In this document: in pieces, positions 54,087-64,000 of the stretch
Position numbering within the stretch: the stretch's first letter is position 1
Layout of the letters: each line of letters starts with the position of its first letter
The notes under the pieces: generated by a model
Database searches by the model: none
What the model saw: the letters and a program-made list of their open reading frames with translations, nothing else
Told to the model about the DNA's origin: nothing
Program-made: the position numbers and the translations under genes
NCBI RefSeq assembly: GCF_009914755.1
Contig: NC_060932.1
DNA: 64,000 nt
Reading direction: 5' to 3' (one strand)
Source of the DNA: the human T2T-CHM13v2.0 reference genome, Homo sapiens

Positions 54087-54870
54087 GACATTTATGCAGC
54101 CAAAAGACACATGAAAAAATGCTCATCATCACTGGCCATCAGAGAAATGCAAATCAAAACCACAATGAGATACCATCTCACACCAGTTAGAATGGCGATC
54201 ATTAGAAAGTCAGGAAACAACAGGTGCTGGAGAGGATGTGGAAAAATAGGAACACTTTTACACTGTTGGTGGGACTGTAAACTAGTTCAACCATTGTGGA
54301 AGTCAGTGTGGCGATTCCTCAGGGATCTAGAATTAGAAATACCATTTGACCCAGCCATCCCATTACTGGGTATATAACCAAAGGATTATAAATCATGCTG
54401 CTATAAAGACACATGCACACGTATGTTTATTGCGGCACTCTTCACAATAGCAAAGACTTGGAACCAACCCGAATGTCCAACAATGGTAGACTGGATTAAG
54501 AAAATGTGGCACATATACACCATGGAATACTACGCAGCCATAAAACATGATGAGTTTGTGTTCTTTGTAAGGACATGGATGAAGCTGGAAACCGTCATTC
54601 TCAGCAAACTATCGCAAAGACAAAAAATCAAACACCGCATGTTCTCACTCATAGGTGGGAATTGAACAATGAGAACACATGGACGCAGGAAGGGGAACAT
54701 CACACACCAGGAGGGAGGAGGGATGGCATTAGGAGATATACCTAATGTTAAATGACGAGTTACTGGGTGCAGCACACTAACATGGCACATGTGTACATAT
54801 GTAACTAACCTGCACGTTGTGCACATGTACCTTAAAACTTAAATTATAATAATAAAAAAAGAAAAACAAA
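54087..54870 (+). mobile_element. Sense 3' segment of the same L1PA4-like insertion (ORF2 C-terminus with premature TAA at 54375-54377, 3'UTR, A tail)
   Basis: [54 protein letters not shown] is the L1 ORF2 C-terminus; about 19 bp is missing from the G-rich 3'UTR tract near 54710. Confidence 0.96.
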
Positions 54871-55650
54871 GTGAAATGATGTGTTGTACAATGACAGGCC
54901 CTGGAAAAACTGTCACACTGGACTCCAATTGGGTGTTTGTGATGCCCTGCTCCTGGGCAAAACTGCCCATGTGTCAGTGGCAGCAGAGTGGACAGCTGAG
55001 TGATGGGACCTCCACACAGTGGGCTTCTAGTCAGCAGTGAAAATGAGTAATTCATCACATCATTATCAAAGAGACAGTGTTGAGAAAGAAGCAAACCATG
55101 GAAAATACACACGGTCTCCCTCAATCCGTATGAAGTTCAAAAGCAGGACAAGCTGAAAAACAGTTTGTTGAAGGGCTCACACAGGAGGTCATACTTTAAG
55201 GAAAAGGAAAGAGATGATGAATTCTGTGGTTCCTGAGGTATTGGCAGTATTCCTAGCCTGCGAGGCTAATAGATGTGAAACTCACATCATGTGGAATTCA
55301 CCATTTTAAAGTGTACAATTCAGTGGCATTTAGTACATTCACAATGTTGTGCAATCATCACTCCTAGTATTACTTTGTAAACTTTACAAATTCATTGTAT
55401 TTATTTATTTAACGGTTGTTACAGTTTGCAACTAAAATAGAAGGAAATACATCAAAATATTAGCAGTGGCTCTTCTGGGTGAAGTACAAGGGGCAAATTG
55501 TTTTCTCCTGTTTGTTTTTCTGTACTTTGTTTACTATACATGTTGTTTACTGTGTCACATTGTTTACTGTGAATAGTTACTATTTGAAACTAAAGATCAA
55601 GGGCAATAAACTGTATTTTAAGAGGAAGTCAGAAAACAAAACAAAACAAA
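54871..55650 (+). other. L1-mediated 3'-transduced sequence with its own poly(A) signal (55605-55610) and A-rich tail (55633-55650)
   Basis: Lies between the L1 A tail and the right copy of the 21-bp TSD AAAAGAATGTACAGATAAGCT (53812-53832 / 55651-55671). Confidence 0.9.
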
Positions 55651-56189
55651 AAAAGAATGTACAGATAAGCTATTAGAATCAATAAGGTACTACTGATAAA
55701 AGCCAAAAACTGAAAGAAATGTACATTAACAGTAAAATAGGCAATTAAATTATGGCATTTTCATACAATGTAATTATATAACAAGGATAATAAATCAACA
55801 AATGTTAGTGACTCACACAGACATAATGTGCAGCAAAAGGAGCTGGACGTAGAGTACATACTGATTCCATTAAAATTAATCCAAAAGCAAGCAAGACTAA
55901 TCTACGATGTTTGAAGCAAGGAGCGTGAGGAGGGGTTCTGCAGGAGACTCTAGGATTGCAGTCTTCTGCAGCGCTGGTTATGTTTTTCATCTTGATCTAG
56001 GTATTGGTTACATGAATGTGTTCATATCATGAAAATTTAGTAACTTAAAAGATCTTTGGGCATTTCTGTAACTATGCTATGCTTTCCTAAAACACTTACT
56101 TTAAAACATATGATAGCAAAGGGATATTCAGTAAGTGTAACATAAAACCACTACAATGGATGGGGTCATCAGAAGCTTATAGAATTCAA

Positions 56190-56515
56190 CCAATTTCTGA
56201 AGAAAGAAGTCAAGCTGCATGAAGAAGCCACACACTGGCACTCCAGTTGACAGCTCCAGCTGATCTGCAGGCCAACAGCCAGCACCAATTGCCACCTTAT
56301 GGAGGAGTCATCTTTTTACCATCCAGCTCAGCTTAGCCTTCAGATGACTGCAGTTCCAGTGAAATCTGACAGCAACTGCATTAGAACTCTCAAGTGAGAA
56401 CTGCCTAACCAGTCTTTCCAAAATTCATGATTTACAAAATCATGAGCAAAACTGAAAGGTTGCTTTAAGGGACTAAGTTTTGGGGTAATTTGTTACATAA
56501 TTACAGTAACCGAAA
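56190..56515 (+). mobile_element. MLT1G/H-like MaLR LTR
   Basis: CAACAGCCAGCA.CAA.TGCCA..GCCTTCAGATGACTGCAG..ACTAAGTTTTGGGGTAATTTGTTAC. Confidence 0.8.
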
Positions 56516-56519
56516 AAGA

Positions 56520-56742
56520 AGAGCATCCAAGGTCCTATTATCAGGAGTCTCATTAAAAGAGAAGAAAGAACACAGAAGATGAAGATATTTTTAAAATAAG
56601 AACAATAATATGAGAAAATTTCCCAGTGCTCAAGGAAAACAATAGTTGTTAAATAGAAGGGCTCACTGAGTGCTAAACAGGGTAAATGAAAACAGATGCT
56701 GTCTTAGAAATACAGTTGTGAAACTTCAGAACATCAGTATTT
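56520..56742 (+). mobile_element. Ancient L1/HAL1 ORF1-region fragment
   Basis: GAAAATTTCCCAG..GAAGGGCTCACTGAGTGC..GTGAAA.TTCAGAACA. Confidence 0.55.
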
Positions 56743-56865
56743 CCACCCATGTCTCAATCAGCTATGTCAGGGATCAGAGGGCAGGGGATAGTCAGGCAGT
56801 TACCACCACCACCCTCTACCGAGCAAGAACTGGTTATTTTAAAAAATATATTCTATGGTGTAGAT

Positions 56866-56927
56866 ACATACACTCACATAACAGATTACTATACATACAT
56901 ACACTCACATAACAGATTACTATACAT
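56866..56927 (+). repeat. Perfect 2 x 31-bp tandem duplication
   Basis: ACATACACTCACATAACAGATTACTATACAT occurs twice in a row. Confidence 0.95.
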
Positions 56928-58245
56928 TTTTTAAATATTATGATTTAGTTCCATATTTCTTGACATAGAAATTTGTCAGAAAATATTATTGAGAAATAAA
57001 AGCAGATTACAGAAAAACCTGTGAACTAGTTGTTGGAGAGTTTGCGAAAGAAAAATCAACATTGGCTAGATAAGGTGATAAAATATGGAGCCAGCAGGCT
57101 TAGCGATGAAACACTTAGGTATGCAACAACTTTCTAGACTAGAAACGATGATAAAGCACAGTGAAGGAGAACTGACCCAGGAGGCAAGAAACCTTGGATT
57201 TAATGTGATTTTTCCATTAGTTATTTGTGTTTGAGCAAGACAGAATAACTTCTCACACATGTAAATCCCTCATTAGTAAAACAACAGGGCTGCCTAAATA
57301 AGCCCTCATGAATTAAATTCTATGATTCCATGATTGAAAAAGTCACAAGGCTTTTCCCAACATTGTCAGTATCAAGGAGCTTCATGGGGGATAGGAACAC
57401 TTTAATCCATAGAGCCCATAGCACCTTCCAGCTAACACGTCCTTGAAACATTGTTACTGCTATCTCTACCTAGCTGAGATAGAGTGAAAAACTAAAGTAA
57501 TTATTTGGGTAAACGAAGTCACTCCCCCATAACTCCTTGCTAGAGATATACGTTAATTGGCTTGTCATTCTATTCAGTCATACATTGACAATTCTAAAAT
57601 TATTTTTTGTAACATGCAAATGCAAATTGTCTTTGTAACTTGTCACTACCTTGAGTCAGAGATTAAACTGTTAATAATGCAAAAAGTCTTCTGTTATTTA
57701 TTCTATCCTTCTCTTAATGTTTTAATACATACTGTAATTTAAGTGAAATTAAGAAAAATAGACCAGAAATTAAATGCTAAAACAAGTGATTACAGATTAG
57801 TGTTATAATTCAAAATACAGCACATGGTTTAAAGTTTTAAATTGTATCAGAACTAGTATTGACCTCCAACCCTTATCTTCTTAATCAATTACTGCAGAAG
57901 CTCTTCTAACCAACTACCATTTAATTAATTCTTATTCTTAACTAACATTTTCCATTTCTTATGTAAAATTTAAATACAGATGCTCATTGCACACTGAACA
58001 CTCTCCAATCTTAAACTACCCTCCTGAATACCTGAACACTTCCTCTTGCAGTTGAGTTGTGTGCCTATTAAGAGTTTAATTATTCAGTTTTCAACTATTT
58101 TATGTCTGTTATATTTGTATTATGATCACATTATTCAAGGAAATGTTACATAAACACATGAAATATGAGTAGAAAAATAAAGATGATAGTCTAGAAAAAT
58201 CCTACTCTCAGATTATGCTTAATTTTCAATAAAATCATAACTGGA

Positions 58246-58623
58246 TGCTATGGAGTGAATATTTGTGTCCTCCCAAAATTCATATGTTAAAATCCTAACC
58301 CCTAAGGTGATGGGCATAAGGAGGTGAGGCCTTTGGGAAGTGATTGGGTCATAAGGATGGAGCCCTCATGAATGGAATTAACTCCTTTTTAAAAGAGGCA
58401 TGAGAGAGCTCCCCAGTCCCTGCCACCATGTGAGAACGCTGCAAGAAGACGCTATGATCCAGGAAGCAAACTTCACCAGATGCTGAATCTACCAGCAGCT
58501 TGATCTGGGACTTCTTAGCCTCCAGAACTGTAAGAAATAAATTTCTATTGTTTATTAGACACATTGTTTATAAGACACCTAGTGTATGGTATTTTATTAT
58601 GGGGGTCCAAAAGGACTAAGACA
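58246..58623 (+). mobile_element. MLT1A0-like MaLR solo LTR
   Basis: TGCTATGG...GGACTAAGACA termini; TSD CTGGA/CTTGA. Confidence 0.9.
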
Positions 58624-58939
58624 CTTGATATTAGATAATAAATTATGGGTTGATTTACTCAACAAAGATAGCACAGAACTGTAACCACAAAATCCATATT
58701 CATAGAAAATGCCTACAAAAATGCAGAAAAATAAATTTACTCTTCTGGTTTTAATTTAGAGCCAAAGGTTTTATTTTTGTGTGCTCATCTGTCAGGATGT
58801 CTAAGTTATGCTGCAGTAACAAACAATCCCCAAATTTCAGTCATCTAAAACAGCAGCAGTTTAACAGACATACTATACCTCTATTGCATAGTGCTTGGAA
58901 GGAGACTTTAAATATTTGTGACTATCTCTGATGAACACC

Positions 58940-60322
58940 TGCATTGAATTTAGCCAACTGCAAAGTTGAAGGGAATACAGCCTATACAAGACCGTTCTCA
59001 CCTCTGACATCAATTGCAAATCTGGTGTGTGTGTGTATATAGGGGAATGGTTTTCAAAACCACCCTCAGGATTAATAACCCACTAGAAGGACTAAAAGAA
59101 CTTACTGAAAGCTGTTATACTCATGGTCATGATATACAACAGAGAAAGAGTAACAGTCAAAATCAGCCAAGGGAGGAAAATACCAGAAAGAGTCTAGAAA
59201 AGGTACTGAAACATTTTCTAGGTTCCTTATCCCCTTCGCAGGAAGTGTGACAGGAGTGTGGCCCAAATGTTCAGTCGCCCCGCTGCTCAAACCCCTTGAG
59301 GGAGCGTGAGCATGCAGACCGGCAGGTGCAGGAGCCAGGAGAGCACTTTGAGCTCCAGCTTCACGGTATAGTCTGGGGATGTGTGTCTGCAACCCCAGTG
59401 TTACAGAGCTCTTTCAGCTTTGCCATCCGCAGATGGCCTGAGTGTTAATCAGCTCACCCTCTGCCTTTTCGCAAGGGCAGAGGCCACTGTGACGCCTTCC
59501 TGTATCCCGAGCTCTTGTCCATCGTCCGCGGAAAATCGAGGCACACACGGACTTGAAGGATGAATGTAAGGTTTTACTGAGTGGTGGAGGTGGTTTTCAG
59601 CAGGATGGATGGGGAGTCAGAAGTGGGGGATGGAGTGGGAAAGCGATCCTCCCCTGGAATCCAGCTGCCGAAAGGCTGGACGCCACTCTGTACGCCCCAG
59701 CCGAACTCCTCCGGGCGTTCAGATGTTCCTCTCCTCTCCCTTTCTCTGCCACGTCGTTCAGCCATCTGTCTCCTTTCTGCTGGCTTGCTGGTCTGCTCTG
59801 GAGCTTGGAGTTCGGGGTTTAAGGGGGCCTTGAAGGCCAAAAGGCAACTTTTTGGGTGCAAAAACAGGAATGCCTGCTCTCATTTAGGGCCACAGGTATG
59901 CAGGCTTGAGGTTGGGGCCTTTGTCTGGGAACCACCCTCTTCCACCCAGTACTTCCCTGTCTCCTGTCTGTATCAGTACCAAACAAACAGATCCTGTTGT
60001 CCTCTCTTTGCAGAATCACAGATATGTGACCTTCCCAGCATTGATGTGAAACAATTCAGAGTACTGGCAACCAGGGAAGCTCACCCAAGCTTTCAGTGTC
60101 CAGAGGTTTTATGGGGGTTTGATCACATACTATTCACGTGGCTGCCCTTTAGTCTCCAGTACCTCCCAGAATTTCAGGCTAATTCCTTTATTCTTCAGTC
60201 CCTTCCCCAAGCAAAGACATTCCTATCAGGCATGATATTTCCAGGGACTAGAGATCGTCTCTCAGTAGCTGAAGGTAAAGGCCAGACCTCTCCTTGAGTT
60301 AACTGAATTCTTCACTGCACAC
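58940..60322 (-). mobile_element. MER21C-like LTR, split by MER50
   Basis: CTAGAAGGACT..ACTGAAAGCTGTTATACTCA..AAAATCAGCCAAGGGA, then CAACCAGGGAAGCTCACCC..AAAGGCCAGACCTCTC..AATTCTTCACTGCACA. Confidence 0.8.
59246..59975 (-). mobile_element. MER50-like ERV1 solo LTR
   Basis: Minus strand begins TGATACAGACAGGAGACAGGGAAGTACTGGGT; about 730 bp; CpG-containing. Confidence 0.85.
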
Positions 60323-62299
60323 CACGTTATCATTTCATATTTTACTTACTGACTTTTTGGTTAATTGACCAAATACATGACCCAATTTCTTTGGATAACA
60401 GGACTCTTGCTAAAATTAATTTATCCCAATTAACCTTTTAGTATCAGTTGGATACTAATTATCTCAATTATATATTGCCCACATGGGGCGGGTTGTTTGA
60501 TAAGTACAGTAATCTCTGCACAGGGAGGGAAACTTTTCTAAGTAGCACTCAATCTGGTAATTGTCTCTTAATACTAAAAGTCATGATTATCTTTGTTGCA
60601 ACATGTACTCTTGACTTCAATCCAGAGAGCACATTTCAGAAGAAGTTTAGTCATTCCTCAGTAAGAGGCATTTCAAAGATAATGTATTAAAAGAACAGGA
60701 CTCTTTTAAACTGAACATGGCATGAATCTGTGAAGAAACATATTAGAGCACGTAAAAATTATGGTTGATGAAAACTTAGCATTCAAAATATGAGCAATTA
60801 CAGATAGAAAAACTGAGATCTCTCCACAGTTCAAATAAAAGTGTAGATAAGAGTATAGTCAGATTGTCCACTTGCTGATGCATATATACCTGTCATTTCT
60901 GTAGGAGTTCACAGGAATTACAATTGAGGCATTTTGAGAATGCTTTAAAAATCATGTGAGACAAGAGTATAGACTTTGAAAGAGATGTATATTTAGACTA
61001 GCAGAAAGGAGGGGAAAAGACATTCCAGACTAGAAAAGATTTATGACCCAAGACAATAAGGCCTTGTGAGAAATCTGTTTGGGTAAAAGAAAGAATCCTG
61101 GCTGGGGATGCAGGGAAAAAGAGCAGTTAGGGGTGGGCAGAATTACACAGGAATCCAGTTGTTGAAGGCTGCATAAAATCCAGATTTTATCTGTAAACTA
61201 AAGGAAATCCTAAAATTCTTGGCAGATTAGGTGGTGTGTGCAAAGAAGTATTTTTAAAATATTTATACTGCAGTCTAAGAAATAGGTTTCAAATGAAAAA
61301 AGATCCAAGCTGGAAGATTCCATGCCCTCCTCTTGAAAATGTTAATAGCTTCCACACTCCATATTGTGTCTTGCATAGGCACCTGTAGCATATTTGAATT
61401 TGAAAGACATAAAGCTCTGGAATTGACAAATATAAATTCATTTTCCTTCCCCAGCAATTTCCGTTATAAGCCTGCATTACAGTACTAGAAGAATATTTAA
61501 TTTCAATTAGTGTTCATTCAGTCATTTCAGGTGTAAAACTCTCAAAATAAATATTCTCCTGCTCCCTTCATTTCCACAAAGTTAAATCTATATTCCAAGG
61601 CAGCGAGATGTATCAGCATGTCATGGCTGTGAGGAGAGGAGGCATATGTTTCACTCTGACCCAGTATCAGCTGTGGTCCTTATAAGAGGTAATCTTTGCC
61701 CAGTGACATCTCTCCCTGATGTTCTGACCTCTTTGTGGATGGAGTATTGTTCCTATGGTCCATATCCTCCATTTACAGGTGGCCACACCCCACCAATACC
61801 ATGATGTATGTTCCAGTCTGACGAACTTTCTCAGCCACTTTTATGTTCTTCTTACAGCAACTGGAAACTTCTGTATACTTTCCCATGCCACTTTGAGGCT
61901 AAGGTGACCCACTTTGAGGGGTGTATGGATGGGAATGACAAGTGTTGTCTCAACATCCCCAGTCTGAATTCTTCATCCTGCTCTACCAAGCTGGTGTGTA
62001 AATTTCTGGCTACACCCTAAAGGTGAAATATAGGTTTACTCTATTTTCAGATACCACGAAACCCATTGAGGGTTTTTGTCTCCAACCCTCTCACCCAGAG
62101 TTATCTCCTTCTGGCTGTTTTCTTTATTGTTTTTCCATGACCATCAAAAACTCTCCTCTATAACTGGAAAATTATTCAGTCGTCCTAACTCTCTCTTTCT
62201 CTCTCTTTCCCTGTCTCTCTCTCTTTACATACACACACACGCGTGCACATACATATATAAACACATATATATAATATGTATGTAATATAGATATATAAA

Positions 62300-62586
62300 T
62301 TTTTACAGACAAGATGTCACTCTGTTGCCCAGGCTGGAGTGCAGTAGTGCAGTCATAACTCAGTGTAATCTCGAACTTCTGGGCTCAAGCAATCCTCCCA
62401 CCTCAGCTTCCCAAGTAGCTAGGACAACAGGTGCATGCCACCATGCCCAGCAAGTTTTTTAAATGTTTGTAGAGACAGGTCTTGCTATATTGCCCAGGCT
62501 TGTCTCAAACTCCTGGCTTCAAGCAATCCTCCCACTGTGGCCTCCCAAAGCACAGGGATTATAGGGGAGAGACACTGCATCTGGCC
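62300..62586 (-). mobile_element. AluJ
   Basis: J-type CTGGGCTCAAGCAATCCTCCCACCTCAGC and TGTAGAGAC.GGTCTTGCTAT.TTGCCCAGG. Confidence 0.93.
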
Positions 62587-62699
62587 CTCTAACTGTATTT
62601 GTGATGGTATACACTTTATTTTCTGAGGACTTTGGGCCTTTTACAAATTCCCTCCAAACATGTTTCTTTATTGGTGAGACTCTCGCAATTGATAGTTTG

Positions 62700-62930
62700 A
62701 TAGTGGAGCAGGATGGTTAAGTAGGTAAATTCTGCAATTAGACTTCCAAGGGTTGAAACTTGGCCCCATCACTTACTATAAGTATGAACTAATGCAAATT
62801 GCTTTACCTTGTCATTATAAATGCAAATTATTATTACCAACATTCACTGGATTTTTCTGAAGATCAATTTGTATAAAAAAGTTTCAAACCAGTACCTGAT
62901 ACATAATATGTACTCAATAAAATTGAAGTG
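62700..62930 (+). mobile_element. MIR
   Basis: GGTTAAG..GGGTTGAAACTTGGC.CCATCACTTACTA..TAAAATG..TACTCAATAAA. Confidence 0.7.
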
Positions 62931-62939
62931 CCTTGGGTT

Positions 62940-63267
62940 TTTTGCTTTATTATTTATTATTTTTATTTTTATTTTTGAGACAGGGTCTCACTCCTGTCAC
63001 CCAGGCTGGAGTGCACAAGCATAATCGCAGCTCACTGCAGCCTCAACTGCTTGGGTTCAAGTGATCTTCTCGTCTCAGTCTCCCAAGTAGCTGAGACTGC
63101 AGGCATGCGCCACCATGCCCAGCTAATTTTTTTTTTTTTTTGTATTTTTTGTAGAGACAAGGTTTTGCTATCTTGTCTAAGCTGGCTGCGAACTCCTGGG
63201 CTCAAGCTATTCACCTGCCTCAGCTTCCAAGTGTGCTGGGACTACAGGCATGAGCCACCAAGCCCAA
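62940..63267 (-). mobile_element. AluJ
   Basis: GAGACAGGGTCTCACTC..GCTCACTGCAGCCTCAAC..AACTCCTGGGCTCAAG. Confidence 0.93.
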
Positions 63268-63328
63268 TTGCTATCTTGTCTTTTAAAGAGTATTATGTCA
63301 ATTGTACATTTTTTAAAAATCTCTAGTT

Positions 63329-63544
63329 TAGAGTTTCTTAACCTCAGCATAACTGTAATTTTGAGTCAGATAAGTGCTTGTTGTGGAAAGTTGCTCTGAG
63401 CATTGTAGGCTATTTAGCAGCATCCTTGGCCTCTACCCACTAGATGCCAACAGCAACCCCACCCAGGTGTGACAACCAAAAATACCTCTAGACCCTGCCA
63501 AACATGCCCTTGGTAGGGTGAAATCATCCCCATTAGAACTACTG
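63329..63544 (+). mobile_element. MER20 (hAT-Charlie)
   Basis: TTTAGCAGCATCC.TGGCCTCTACCCACTAGATGCCA..GTGACAACCAAAAAT; TSD-like CTCTAGTT/CCCTAGAT. Confidence 0.88.
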
Positions 63545-64000
63545 CCCTAGATGGAAGTCAAAAACTAGAATTTGAATCTCTTTTTTTCTTTCAGCCTTTT
63601 TTAGGTGATAAATTTCAGACTTGCAATCTAATTTCAGCAGATGGCATGAACGGTATTGCAGAATTATAGAAAGAAAATCAGTTAATTTATCAATATTATA
63701 CCACTTCATTCAGTAAATTTTTAATTATAATCCTACTGGAAAGCAGTAAATAAGATGACACCTTAAATTCTCCCAGTTTTGCTTATTTTGCTTAACTAAA
63801 CATGAAATTGTAATATTTCTGTCACAGTGGGCATTTTTAAAATGAATAAGAGTGGTGTTGTTCAAAATACAATATTATAAAGCATTAACCCACTTTTTAA
63901 ATTCAACTCATTGTAATGACCACCAAAATTAATAAAAAATGTCATCTATGTGCATATTAAACAGCCCATCTGCATTTCATGGCTGAACAAGAACCCTGCT

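Noticed and set aside
54111-54665. ORFs with clear protein similarity
   Set aside because: L1 ORF2 C-terminal remnants with a premature stop in a truncated, inverted element
59581-60297. 238-aa ORF
   Set aside because: Spans MER50 and MER21C sequence, has a non-ATG start and shows no recognisable domain

Overview
AT-rich, gene-poor primate genomic DNA, very likely human or great ape given the AluS/J, L1PA4 and LTR12C content. Most of it is interspersed repeats (L1, L2, MIR, Alu, MaLR/ERV LTRs, hAT/Tigger DNA transposons) and microsatellites. I recognise no protein-coding exon. The listed ORFs are repeat-derived or chance ORFs. Repeat family names come from recalled consensus sequences and need RepeatMasker/Dfam confirmation. 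Three structures stand out. (1) A 5'-inverted L1PA4-like insertion whose 21-bp target-site duplication (TSD) encloses about 760 bp of extra sequence ending in AATAAA plus an A-rich tail, which indicates a 3' transduction (53812-55671). (2) A ~230-bp non-repeat segment duplicated 3.6 kb apart (27777-28008 and 31419-31646). Each copy carries a ~39-bp-stem pre-miRNA-like hairpin, and the stem substitutions between copies all keep pairing on the + strand. (3) A solo LTR12C with a collapsed enhancer array and a mutated poly(A) signal (2687-3906). There are also a few non-coding candidate exons.
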